Shown one piece after another: positions 12,321 through 24,640 of a stretch of DNA of 40,786 bases. Origin of the DNA: Octopus bimaculoides. Lineage: Eukaryota. Every line of letters starts with the position of its first letter. Positions within the stretch are counted from its first letter, which is position 1. A program made the position numbers and the translations under genes. The stretch covers positions 35,470,848 to 35,511,633 of the forward strand of contig NC_069003.1 of assembly GCF_001194135.2 (NCBI RefSeq). Reading direction: 5' to 3'. The notes under the pieces are model-generated. The model was not told the origin of the DNA. It did no database searches and worked only from the letters and a program-made list of their open reading frames with translations.

Positions 12321-12521
12321 TGATAATAATAATTATTATAATTTCAAATTTTTGCCATAAGGGCAGCTTGTGGGTGCGGGGGGGGAAATACTAGAAATTA
12401 CAATCGTTTCAATTACTGTGTATTAATCCTTTACATTTACGCATCGATTTCCGTAAATTGTTGCTTCTCAGTGAATCAAGAGAAATTCGATATCTATCTA
12501 TTTAGCTAGTTAGCTGTGTTG

Positions 12522-12564
<43 letters not shown>

Positions 12565-13399
12565 GTGTTATCTTTGCAAGGTGGTGAATTGGGGAATAAG
12601 AGAAAGTGAAAGACAGAATGTTCAACTATTTATAATTTATTCACACGGTACAATTTTATTATAGAAGCAAGGAAAATAAAATAGCTTTCAAAATGTATTT
12701 ATATCTCTTAATCGGTGACTTAGTTGCTCTCAAATGAAATGCGTTATCCGTATAAATCCAGCTGTTTGTATCTAATTAACGTCTCGTTTTTCTTTGATTT
12801 TATAGGTGGCTGTTTCTTTGGTTCTTATCACAACAGAAATCCGGTCATATTTTTCATGTTAACATTGTAATTGCAATTAACTGTTAGAATATACAGGCAG
12901 GAACAATGCTTTTCGGAACGCTAACGCCAATTCCTAAGATAAAACATCAAACACAATAATTAAGAAAATGCAAGTTACTCAGACTGATACGTTGCTTCTC
13001 ATTTTGATTCATTCTTCAAATGAGGACAGTGACAACATCAACAAGTTAAATAAGTCCAAAACAATGTGTTGCAAAATTGCTGTATAGAAAATATTGCTTG
13101 TGAGAGAGAGTTGTCCCCGCAATAATAAAGAAATGACTAAGAGCCGGTGACTTAGAACTAAGTGTTAGATTTAGATTGGATTTCTCTACAACTTAAAACC
13201 TCCCACTTCTATAATGAGGGCACTGTATTGCTATTTAGTTACAAGAAGTTAAAAAAAATTTCATATCACTAATGGTACAAAATGTAATTTTAATAGCTTC
13301 AAAACGTTAGTTTTAATGAGCATAACTTATCATACACATAGATATATGCACACAACTATAAATTTAGAATAAAATTAGAATAAATAATTTTTTCAAAAC

Positions 13400-13600
13400 A
13401 GTTCTCTTTTCAGTACTTGATTCTCCTTTGCACAAACTTCTTCATGCCCTCAGATAAATGCTGTCGTTCAAGAGTTAAGCAGCTTTATAGATCACTGACT
13501 TTATAGATCCGTGACTATGCCCGATTAAGGGGCATTTTTAATCCAAAAGAGCACGTCAGGATTGTATGGAGGATGCATTTAGGCTTCCAATATTAGTTTC
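13400..13600 (-). mobile_element. Mariner (Tc1/mariner) transposase C-terminal remnant
   Basis: Minus-strand translation HPPYNPD (13556-13575; mariner motif HPPYSPDL) followed by LSEGMKKFVQR (13425-13457; cf. F.EGIKKLVQRW). It carries stops and deletions and may extend to about 14010. Confidence 0.65.
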
Positions 13601-14124
13601 TGCCATCAAAATTTTACTTTCCCTACTGTTGATTGAGGTTTAAACTTTTCAAAAGTGATTACAGATGCTTCCATTTCTTAATCTCAAGTAAATTCTTCGA
13701 CTCATTATAGTGTCTCCAGATATTTTTCACAACGAACGATTTTTCCAAAATTTAACCTCACACATAAACAGTGATTTCAAATCATTAGAAGAAGATTTCA
13801 AAACGATTTTGTTTGTAAAGTTCTCTGAGATGTTTTGGCATCCATTTTGCATAAATTTATTAAAGCCACGTCTGTTGTGGATTATTTTATTGCTACAACA
13901 ATTACAAGTTTACATATTATTTACCACTCCGTCTAGAGCAAACCATTTGTTCAAGAGAAAGATGTTACACATCAGTTCAACTTGTTTGTGTATGTCACCT
14001 GTGCCATAGCTTTTCATTTTTTTATATTTTCAATCGATTCGTAGACGTACTCTAGTGGAAAACACTGTTTCCACTAGGCTACTGCCAGCTTTTTCTTCGC
14101 TTCATTCACTTTCTGTCGTCTTAG

Positions 14125-14153
14125 GAGCAAGCAGAAAGCGGAGAGCAGCCATG
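14125..14153 (+). other. Candidate 29-nt exon (E1), ending in GCCATG
   Basis: Long pyrimidine tract ending ctttctgtcgtcttag|GAGCAAGCAGAAAGCGGAGAGCAGCCATG|gttaat. The acceptor is strong and the donor weak. Confidence 0.3.
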
Positions 14154-14772
14154 GTTAATGTAAAAACAACAACAACAACAACACTAGTTTGATGTTTCAC
14201 TCTACTCCGTTCTTACTAGAGGTCTAATTTTCCCACCAAGTGAGAGAAATTATAAGTGCATTGCAGACAATTAGTGACTCACACTTGTATATATGAGTGT
14301 ATCTATGTATATTTGTGTGTGTGTATGTGTGTGTATGATTGTATATATATAAAAGATATTTGATAGATTTTATGACCACTTAGTTTAAATAGTTTAATTA
14401 AACATTTCAAACTGATTAACGAAAGTCATTTCAAAATTTAATTTAATTCAAAACGTTTTGACCCGATTTCATCTTAATTTTCTGTATGTCTGAGTGTATG
14501 TGCGTACGTGTGTGCGCCCGCATCCATCCATCCATCCATCCATTCATCCATCCATCCATTCATATATACCAACTATTTTGAACTGAAATTGTATCAACAT
14601 TGTCTCTTCCTTTAAACACGTGGATAAATGGTTTTCGTACCAGTCACTCAGAAGTATAATATGCTGAAAATATTTATTCTCACTCAACCGTTTTGCCTTA
14701 GTGCTATAACATCCAAAGTTTCATTCAGTACATAATACAGTACTTTCCACCCACCCCTCTTTGTATGTTCAG

Positions 14773-14807
14773 CCCGTTTCAGTCCCCCACTTCTTTTTCT
14801 TGGTTTG
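14773..14807 (+). CDS. Putative microexon E2 (35 nt; 25 nt if the 14783 acceptor is used); coding status and frame not established
   Basis: ctttccacccacccctctttgtatgttcag|CCCGTTTCAGTCCCCCACTTCTTTTTCTTGGTTTG|gtaagt. Confidence 0.45.
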
Positions 14808-15539
14808 GTAAGTCGCTGACTGGATACTACAGCTCAAACCATCTTATACATTGTTCTATATTTTATATTATTTTAATTTTTTGGCGTTGTTACTTTTCGG
14901 AATTTGATTTAGTTGTGAATTTTATGTGTAAAGAAATGGATGCTTTACGCATAAATTCAGTTCGTTACATCATTTCGAGATAACCAGAAGTTACGTTTTT
15001 CTTCTATCATTTCATCATCAATCAATTAAACCATGATAAATACACTACTATAGTCGAATCAACAGATTACTTCAGAGCCATCCATTACTGTGACACATGC
15101 TATCATTTTATTAGTATCATAGTAAGTCATAACTGTAATACCATAGCTGTTTATATCTGTAACACCTTATTTAATCGTAACTGTCACACTGTAATTAGTT
15201 ACAACAAACATCGTTGCCAGCCCTAATTGTGAGAACATTGGCGCTTCAAAACATTAAAATAAAGTGATTCTTCGTTAAGTAGTATCTCGTTTAAGCTAAT
15301 TAAGAGTGCAAGTTGCAGTGATGGTTTCCGACGCCATCATTAAGTATCAAGGCTTTAGGGGCATGTATTCACTGTTACCTGGATATCAAGTGTTTACAAA
15401 GAAAATGAGACGGAGACTATGTAGTTCTTGTGACAGCAGAGGTAGTGAGAATGAGGAAGACGAAGGATCTTTGCTCAAAAAACCAAAATGTTTTGTTATC
15501 CCATTCATAATGTTATTTTGCTTATTGAATTGTCAGTAG

Positions 15540-15547
15540 ATACCATG
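15540..15547 (+). CDS. Putative microexon E3 (8 nt; 11 nt from 15537 via a CAGTAG NAGNAG acceptor)
   Basis: ttattttgcttattgaattgtcagtag|ATACCATG|gtaagt. Confidence 0.4.
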
Positions 15548-15629
15548 GTAAGTAAGGTTATCATCTGAGAGCCTCAATAGAGCATATCCAGAAATGGAAT
15601 TGTCACGGTAAACTGCCAATGCTTGCCTC

Positions 15630-15770
15630 ATAACTTAGCAGTTCGGCCGAAGGTACCAATAGGTTCAGTACTGGGCTTTAAAAAAGATAAGTACTAGGGT
15701 CCTTCGACTAAAATTCTTCAAGACGGTAACCCGGCATGGCCGAAGTCTAGTAACTGAAACAAGTAAAAGA
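15630..15770 (+). mobile_element. SINE 3' portion
   Basis: aacttagcagttcggc...ataagtact...gcatggccg...actgaaacaagtaaaaga matches the recalled tail of an abundant octopus SINE. Confidence 0.65.
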
Positions 15771-16453
15771 AGAAATATATGTGTATACCGACACACCCAT
15801 ATACAAAGGCATAGCACATGCATAGACAAGGACACAGGACAAAAACAAACGCTTTTTGTAATGTATACAGGAATATAAATACAAGGTTGTGATAGCTTGA
15901 AAGTTGGTAAAATGTGCGATTACAGTCAAAATCTAAATAACTTTAGCTTGAAACATAATTTATAATCTACATTTAGGCACCTTCCCATACACACGAATAT
16001 GTAGAATCTCTGTTCATGCTAAAATGTTACTTTGCGTGTGCAGATTGTGGAAGTTTGATATTTATATATTTAAATAGATAAGTGAAGATTTGAGTGTGTG
16101 AATGAGTCACAGCAGAACTGATAGATGTAAATATACGTTCCTGATTACAGGTGTCTGCCAGTTGCATTAGAACTACTGAGGGTGTGATACGATAAGATTT
16201 ACTGTATACGTGTGTGCATTTGCATACGTGCGATTTATCTGCCAAATGGCTGCATATGTAAATACATCTGGGAATAGTTATTCGCCGAACAGACAGCAAT
16301 TAGAAGAGCTTGCCAAATTCTAACATACTGAAGATATGGTTGTATTGACTTACAAGACAGATTAAGTAAATTAACAAGAAAATGTATATTAAGTGTACTA
16401 AACAAAGAGAAGTTAAAGAAAACACGATTAATCTCTTTTCCGAGATACGAAGC

Positions 16454-16454
<1 letters not shown>

Positions 16455-16509
<55 letters not shown>

Positions 16510-16515
16510 TATCTA
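16455..16515. repeat. (TCTA)n microsatellite
   Basis: Directly visible. Confidence 0.95.
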
Positions 16516-17574
16516 TATATCTATTTGTCTACCTACCTACCTACCTATAATTTGTCTTTAAATATCTAATTACTGCGAAGAACTCTTATAGTTCGTATCT
16601 ACTTCATTTATAGCTAGTAGTGGTCGATACAAATCTTATCATGAATTAAACACTAGGTTCCGTTATAGAAGTACCGAAATGATAGAATGGAACTCTATGC
16701 TAGATGTCGTCTAAAACAAATTCACCAGATTTTGACTGAAAAGTCTCGACTTTTCATAACCTTTCCGACCCTGTTATATTTAAAAACTGGAAATTAGTAT
16801 AAAGAAAACTATCAATTCTGACAATTTGAAAATCATTACTTTTAAGACTACCAAGATGAAAATTGAAAACAACAACAGATACAAGAACGATGTAAAGCTA
16901 TATCGTTAGCGCTATGCACTTTATTTTTACTGTTATGATTATATGAAAAGCTAATAAAAAGGATATAAAGAAATGTATGTTCTATTTGTCTAGAAACATT
17001 ATCAGTGTTGATGTTTTTAAAATTAGGTTTAAGCTCTTAAGATACGGTGTAGGAAATACGTTTCTTTCCTAAGGGATTATTACTTGTAAGTAAAAGCTTT
17101 AATCTCGGAATCAACACTGAACTACAGACATAAGTAACTGAGATGTTAACGCCTCGCCAATTTCATTTATGGTACATTAAGCAAGTATTTCAGTTAGCTG
17201 GCACTACACTTTGGCAATGCACTGTTTTCTTGTATGGTTTTTCATTTAACACATAATCCCAATGTCAATTAAATGAATGTATGGATAAATTTGAGGATAT
17301 TGTCTAATTAAAAAATGGCAGTGGGTGTTTTTCATATAGATGACGTGTTGAAGCAACTTAATAAAATGCTATTTCTTCGTTGGTGTTATTATGGTGTGAA
17401 TGTTTTAAAGTCTTAATTATTAAAAAATGGCCGTTTCAATTATATCATAGAAATTATTTAATATCAGTGCTTTCTGTAAAAAATGAATTATAGTGATCTC
17501 ACGTGAGAGTATTGATTTCTGTTTCGCTTACTGCCTTAAATTCTGCAGGAGAATGTAATCGATTTTATTCGGCT

Positions 17575-17700
17575 AGTGCACATTTCATTGATCCCTAATT
17601 GATGAAAGGCAAAAGTTCTCGCGATTTGAACGAAGAGAACAAAATGAGCGTAATTCAATACGGCGAACTATTGCGTATACCACTGCACCACCTTAGCATG
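17575..17700 (-). mobile_element. Highly degraded OR1/Meta-like SINE
   Basis: ttgatccc...gatgaaaggcaaaag...gatttgaac matches the core and B box of 2154-2387. Confidence 0.5.
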
Positions 17701-18085
17701 TCAGGATACTGAAAACAAAGAGAAAAAGTAATTTGTATGAAAAATAAAGGAACCTAAAGTGCGGGAGTGACACGTATTAATAACATATGAAATTACTGAG
17801 ATATTTGTCGGAATTTAGGATTTGACATTGAAATGAAAGTTCTGACATCTTTGCATTAACGTATACTATTCAGTTTCTGTCATCTTAAATAGGAGTATTT
17901 TAGAAGCTTACTTATGAAACTGGAGGAGAAAGCCAGCATGCCACAAATAAGATAAAGCCCTATTAATTGTGAACTAATTTCTGGTTTAAATTTTGATGAT
18001 TAGTTAATAAAACCATTATTAATAGCGTTACACAAAGACACGCCACTTATAACAGACGGTAATATACTTTTCTTTTTCTCGTCAG

Positions 18086-18096
18086 AGACTGGGAAG
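18086..18096 (+). other. Candidate optional microexon E4 (11 nt)
   Basis: ttttctttttctcgtcag|AGACTGGGAAG|gtacta. The acceptor is strong and the donor intermediate. Confidence 0.3.
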
Positions 18097-18650
18097 GTAC
18101 TAAGGATAGTTTAGGTCGAGACTGTATTGAGAACAGTAGATCTAGCACGAAAATGTTACTCCTTTCAAGTTAATTCTGTTCTAGAGTCGTTTTTCACGCA
18201 ATTAAGACGTGAATAATACAATTATTTATTCTCATGAAATAGCCATCTCAGATTGATGTTCCTTTTTGGAGTAAAGCTTTAAAACCCACATGTTACGAAG
18301 AGAAATAGCTAAAAGATGTTGTTTATTTTCATTTTGAGTGTTCAAATTATGAAAATGGCTGCGTAAAAGTGAAACTAAAATACATGAAATAAATTGAATG
18401 CCGTGTTGCAAATGTATAACTGAGAGGATGACGCCGAGCGATGTTTGCTTCTTTCTCCTCCAACTAAAAGGAATTCAATAAACTGGAAATCGTGTGGCAG
18501 ACTCAGTTATCCGGAGATATCCACTAGCTTTACTGCTCATCTAACTCTAAAACTGACATTGGATCCTCAAAGAATTTGCAAATAGTAGATTGAATTCTTA
18601 TGTAAGGAGAGATTCCTCTCGTCCGTCTCTTCCGAGTTCATACTCTTCAG

Positions 18651-18654
18651 TTCG
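18651..18654 (+). CDS. Putative 4-nt microexon E5
   Basis: cctctcgtccgtctcttccgagttcatactcttcag|TTCG|gtaagt. Confidence 0.4.
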
Positions 18655-20723
18655 GTAAGTCATTTACCATTTTATCACATATAAAATCCAAGTTAGTAAA
18701 TTCATATAATTTATTTTTTCAGTGTATCTCAATACCACTTTTCTTATAAATCCTATTTTGTAACCATATCATTTATCTTGCACCAGAATCAAGTTACTTT
18801 CTTAAATTCTGTTTTCTTTCTCATATTTTATTTACACATAATTTATCCGTTAATTGCTGATATTCTCAGATATTCCTGACATAATTAATTCTCATATATG
18901 TAGCACATGTAGAGATCACTGTGATACAAGTATTGGGTCATAATCTCCAGTGCGTGGATAATTTTCTCCTCCGCCGAAACCAATCTCAGAATCCCTGCAG
19001 AAGATCATAGATGCTGCCTGATCTTCTAAGATTTAAAGATTGGGGCTTGTTTCTGATTTTATTCACCTTCAAAATATTATGTCCCTTATAGAAACAAACT
19101 ATATCCGACAACGCTTACTGAAAACTAATTCTATTTACTTTTATTTCAAGATTCACAATATCTTTTCTACTGTAACTCGACATTTCTCTTCCTGGTACCA
19201 ACATAGATTAGCTATTTCAGTACAAACTTGAAATCTCAACAGTTAAACAGCAGGCAAAGGCGACGAGGACGCTAAAACATCATAAAGGGACGTAACCGAA
19301 TCCCTAATGACGGTGTGACCGGAGTTCTTTGAATTCCGGAGGAGGAAGAGGAGGAAGAGGAGGAAGGTGGAGGAGGAGAAAAAGGGAACGAAGAGAAGAA
19401 GAAGAAGATTTCTTCTTGAGGAGCACTTCAAATATTGAATGTTTTTGCGACTATTCTAAGAGCATATGATTCAAATCGTTAAGAAGGCCAGGTTTACAAA
19501 GTGGATTAGCGAAAACTCTTAATAACTCTTATGAAATTGCACTTGGAAAAAATTCGAAAGGGAAAAAAAAAAAAAGAAAAAAGTTTATAAACAGTGAGAA
19601 ATTAAATATTTGTTGTTAATTTCATTAAGTGAAACCTGATTTATTTATCACTGTAAAATTGTAAAATGAAATGAAAGAACATTTAAAACTTGATGTGATA
19701 TTTCACCATCATAAGCTTTATGTTTAATGTATGTTAGTAACTTAGCACTAATTTCTGTTCGTAATAGTCATCAACCGTTCAATTCAATTCCCGTAATTCA
19801 ATACAGACATGGAAATATTAAAATGCATATGTAAACTAAAATTCAAACTAATTTTAGGTCGGAAATTATAATCTCTTTGTCAGACTGCTACAAATTTCCA
19901 TTATTTTCTGAAATTATATAAGATTTGCTTTTTGATAACAATAATATTAACATTTGTATTTATTCTTCTGACACGATATTTGGAGTTTATATTCTTAAGT
20001 CAGTTTTCGTAAGTCATAGAATGTTATATGACATAAGATATTTTATAAGTTATGGGATATATATAGAAAAGAATATTGAAGTAATGATATAGAGGAGAAA
20101 AGTCGGTTAGTCAATTCTGGACTGTAGCTATTTTACATCGAGATAGTTTTATCTTTGAGTCACATTACATCTGCTTCACCTACAAATATTGACCTATATA
20201 TGTTCAGTCTGATTATCAACAGTATCACTCTCACCAGGCTGAGGTTACCTGCTATGATCATGAGAAGTGCCTTTCCATTTGTGACCAAATTATGGAAATA
20301 AATCTACTTAGGAGACAGAGGGAAAATGGCCGCCTGTTAATTCCAGAACATTGTGTTAATAAGTCTGGCAGATGATGATTTCTGCTGTTTCAGTAGACAA
20401 AAGACAGAAAGGTGAAAATAAAAAGGGTCAGAAAATTTGAAAATTTGAAATGCTCTGCATATTAATCCTTGAATCGACCGTCAATATGCTGCCTATCTCA
20501 CAAATGCACAAAGCATCTCAAAGGAAGCTTTTAAGCAGTAACTAACATCACTAGAGATATTAATAAAACGACCCACACTTGAAAAGAGAATCTAAGAATG
20601 CAGAAAGTAGTAACGTCATGGTGAAACGGACAGGTCATAGGAAGGAGGAAAACTACTGCCCAGAATCTAGCTCTTCTCCCTACCTCTTCTCTATGTACGG
20701 AATCCCACTCTCCTTTCCCTTAG

Positions 20724-20731
20724 TTACAATG
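20724..20731 (+). CDS. Putative microexon E6 (8 nt; 17 nt with the alternative gtaagg donor at 20741)
   Basis: cccactctcctttcccttag|TTACAATG|gtaacg. Confidence 0.35.
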
Positions 20732-21151
20732 GTAACGTTCGTAAGGTTCTAGTAAGCATTTGCTTGCCCTTTTTCCGCCTGGCTTATCTGCTTAATACGC
20801 AAGAGTTTAATTTATTTCTAGTTTATTTATTTCTAGTTTAAACCAGAGGATTACTTTCGACAAAAAAAACAAAAAACAAAAAAAAAAAAACGAACTCTCC
20901 GGAACCTGAATTTCGCATTAATTTTATAGTTGGATTAATGCCTTATATCCCAACTGTCGTTTAGACTGGAAATGATCTGTACTAAAATAGTTGTTCCCTG
21001 AAAGGAATCTGCACTTTGCTCAAGAACTGCTTTAAAACAACGTTAATGAATAATAACTATTTTTTGCGACAATCGAAATGATGACAAAGTCTTATCTTCA
21101 CCTGGCCTTTTAAGAGCCATTCATGAAATATTGTTTTTTTTTTTTTTTTAG

Positions 21152-21155
21152 CCTG
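21152..21155 (+). CDS. Putative 4-nt microexon E7
   Basis: Poly-T tract + ag|CCTG|gtgagt. Confidence 0.4.
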
Positions 21156-22177
21156 GTGAGTCTTCGTTGAATAAACTTTTTCCGAGATATTTCACTGTTA
21201 AATCAAATACCGACATGCTGAAGCAAATTTCAAGATGCTTGCTTTCTTCTAAGCTTCTCATTCTGTCGAGTAAAGTTTGGCAAACTGTTATATATGAATA
21301 TTTTCTCTATTTTTTTTAGACGCCGATGGTGATGGTGGCGGTGTGCTGTTAAAAATCAAGAAAATATGTTTAGAATTTATTCCTGTTATTCTCATTAAAT
21401 TCTTGCTTCTGTTAGTCGTTCGAGAATTATGAATATGAATAACCGCTCCCTTTACAGACAATCCCAAGAAGAACTAAATTTACTGTCCCAGTATGGCGAC
21501 TATCGTAGAGAGGGAACAAGCGAGTTGAGTGCGCGACCCAGTTTCAATTCCCAGTGTTGCTTAAATGATTCCATTGATATTGCTGCTTTACCATTTTCAA
21601 AGGCATGAAAGTTAGGAAGCGTTTTATAATGGCTTATTGATTTATTTGAAGTCAAAATCTATTGATTGATATTAGCAGAATAATTAACTGACTAATTAAA
21701 TCAGATAGATGATACGGACATCGCCAATCGATTAAATCTTGTTCCAAACGAAATGTCAATGGTTTGATCCACATCAAGTCATTCTACTTGGTGCCAAACG
21801 GAGGGACTGAAATCCTTTTGAAGTATGGAATAGAACATTTTAACAAAGAAGTGTTAGAATAAATTACTGACTTCAAACAAACATCAACTTGAAATATAGA
21901 AACATTGGAAGCATTCCAATTGTTCCATTACACACCACTGCATAACCCTGTACTGCTACACTCTTTCGTTAAATGCTTCACTCTTACATAATTTCGCTAC
22001 GTTTCTACTCTACCTTCCACCACTGTACGACATTGCACAACTACACTACACTGCAGTACACTAAAAAGTCTATAAGAGTTTTCTGCCTACGTAAGCTAGA
22101 AAATTATAAACAACAATAACAATTGTAGTAAAACATGAGTAACAATGAAATGCTACAAAAATAGTGGGGGTAGTGGC

Positions 22178-22188
22178 GATGATGATGA

Positions 22189-22246
<58 letters not shown>
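22178..22246. repeat. (GAT)n microsatellite
   Basis: Directly visible; it is the source of the poly-His and poly-Ile pseudo-ORFs. Confidence 0.95.
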
Positions 22247-22247
<1 letters not shown>

Positions 22248-22354
22248 GGAAGGACGAGGAGGACGTTGGCTTTTGTTTTCATTAATATTTGATGTGGCAT
22301 TTGAGTTAAAAATCACGTGCTGAACTGATGTATATATATATGTATATATGTATG

Positions 22355-22392
<38 letters not shown>

Positions 22393-23879
22393 TTGATAGA
22401 CATACATACATATATACAATATACATACATGCATACATACGTGCATGCATACATACGTGCATGCATACATACACACATACATGCCGTATAGTTTGCAGCC
22501 CCTCCTTGACCGGTGAGACTGATGTCAATAATGTTCTTTTTTCTTTCTTTCTCTCGTACAAGAAGAATAAAGCAGCAGCTATTCTACGAGAGAAGGAAGA
22601 GCAGTAAAGAATGTATTAAATACATAAATGGAATATTGCTCCGTTGGCAGTCAGCAGTCCTTCGATCAGATAATTATAGGGGTGAATAGAAAAAACGACC
22701 AGTTCCATATTATGCTTAAGACAAGCGATTCTATGACTACAAGGACGTGTTGCGTTGTGCTGTTAGTGCGAAATCATTATTAATCATTAGACTTTATTAC
22801 TATATCTCCTAATGTATAGTCAGCTATACATTTGCAGTTCCACTTTCAGACTGCACTTGTCAAATATGCGTTGTTGTTGCCTTCTTTGCTCGAAATTTCT
22901 ACATTTTCGAGATTGTCAGTTAAACTTCAAGAGACAGCTAATCTTTATGACTTTATTTCCAACCCCTACCAAGTAAATGTATCAGGTCTGTTATTTTGGC
23001 ACTTGGTGACAGCTTTGTATGGAATGTTCCACAAATATTCTTTATGTTGTTTTGCATATATTTAACAACAACCACATTGTTTATATCTAACATAATAACA
23101 AACGAATCATCAATGTTTGTAGTGAAGTATTGGGAAAACAGCTGTCGTCAATCCTTGATAGGAGCAACACGATGTCATCCAGCAAGAAGAGCTAAAACCG
23201 TTGTAAACGTAACATCTAAAAACAACTGCTACAGCTACAGAACAGCTATAACAACTGCGGCGATAACAACAACAATAACAATATCAACATGATAATGTTG
23301 AACATGATGATGATGATAACGATGACGATGATGATGATGAGGAGGTGCAGGAGGATGGTGATTGTGTTGTTGGTTATGATTTCTTTATTTGCCACAGGGG
23401 TAACAAATAGAGGACATTAAAAAGAAAAATTACGAAAAACAGCGGGGGTTTAATAATAATGATAATAGAGTGATGTCATGTACCGAGTATCATTGGACGG
23501 TGCACATTCTACTAAGAAATCTGATAGCTATGTTCATGTCATTAGAGGGTTCCCTCTGGTGTCTATTTTGTTTCAGAGCTCTATTGAAACTCCATTATTG
23601 CCGACACTTGAAAAACAAGGCCAGCTTTTCACTTCTCACATGCTTTTCTCATTGCTCCTCGGTTTCCAGTTCAGCTACAGCAACATTAGATTATTAGGAA
23701 CATTAGATTATCATCGTCGTCGTTGTTTTCTTCTTTTCTAATCGTTTGTTTTGTTTTTTAGTTTTGTTTTGTTTCACGAATAATTTCTCGGGAATTGCAG
23801 TTTTTTTCTCCGGCATTCTTAAATATTCAGTTGATTTCAATGTTACCTTTCTTAAAAATTATCATTATTATCATCCTTA

Positions 23880-24030
23880 ATAAGGTTATCGATTATTTGG
23901 GCCGTCGGTGGATCAATCGAAAGAGTATTAAAATCTATCTGTGATTACTAAAATAACCAGTCACTGTGTTGGTTTAACTAATTGTCCTCCGCCAAAATAT
24001 GTAATTTTGTGCTCTAAATGAAATAATAAT
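23880..24030 (+). mobile_element. Degraded SINE core and tail
   Basis: actaaaataaccagtcactgtgttggtttaactaattgtcctccgccaaaatat...ttgtgc resembles the tail of the OR1-like family. Confidence 0.4.
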
Positions 24031-24399
24031 TATGTTTGGACTAAGTAAGTGGGTGTATTCTGAGCATGCGCCTGGCGGGCGGAGAACACAGTGGGGAGAG
24101 CGTCACCCTACTGAGAAGGTTCACATTCTTTTCTTTATACTTTGATACTTGTTTTTTTTTTTCATACTTGATTCTGTATCAATGCCAATCTTTCTCTAGT
24201 ATACCCTTCTAACGTTTGCTCATTACGTCCTTGTGGAAAATGATCAGTGGGGAAAATATCATGTAATGTTTCAATTACCTCCTTTTACATTTTGATCTCG
24301 ACTCCCTATGTTATTGACCTTGCTATCCATCTCCAATCAATCGATTCTATCCATTCCTTTATTTCCTGTGCACACAAAATAAACTGGATAAAGACAAAA

Positions 24400-24640
24400 A
24401 CAATAGTGTTCATAATATCTCGGCAAAAGAATTTGACAAGGCCAGAAAATATACAAATTTGCTCATTGAAATTGAAAAAAATACAGCACTTCAAGGCGGT
24501 TAAAATATCAGTAATTGGGGAAGCACAAAGAATGATCAAGACACAAACTGAAAATCATTTGAGAATGATCCCTGGGTTACCGTCCCTGCAAGAGTGCAAA
24601 AGATTGTTTTAACTGCTTTGGCACACGTATTAAGAAGATA
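24400..24640 (+). mobile_element. 3' fragment of an RLE-type non-LTR retrotransposon (R2/R4/NeSL/CRE group)
   Basis: Three shifted frames give NISAKEFDKARKYTNLLIEIEK / KAVKISVIGEAQRMIKTQTENHLRMIPGLPSLQE / VQKIVLTALAHVLRR. This matches the restriction-like endonuclease C-terminus (KE.DK..KY.DL.IEI...V..GA.G.I...IPG.PS..EIQK..L..TAH.LR). Confidence 0.8.

Noticed and set aside
12806-12843. Strong acceptor (ttttatag|GTGGCT...) as an upstream exon
   Set aside because: No good donor nearby (best is CCG|gtcata). Kept only as a possibility.
15306-15539. 77-aa ORF containing RRRLCSSCDSRGSENEEDEGSLLKK
   Set aside because: No recognisable homology. Its 3' part is better explained as the pyrimidine tract of candidate microexon E3.
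21320-21328. Additional microexon-like units (21320-21328, 17549-17554, 22499-22512, 32059-32069, 34263-34266)
   Set aside because: Each has either a weak donor or a weak pyrimidine tract and cannot be told apart from background.
21429-21608. 59-aa ORF MNMNNRSLYRQSQEELNLL...
   Set aside because: Short and unrecognised, and its 3' half resembles a decayed SINE head (gtttcaattccc).
22070-22478. Poly-His and poly-Ile ORFs
   Set aside because: They arise from the (GAT)n repeat read in different frames.
23398-23399. Apparent 2-nt exon (cag|GG|gtaaca)
   Set aside because: It lies in a SINE-tail-like sequence (ttctttat..ccacagggg) similar to 2154-2180.
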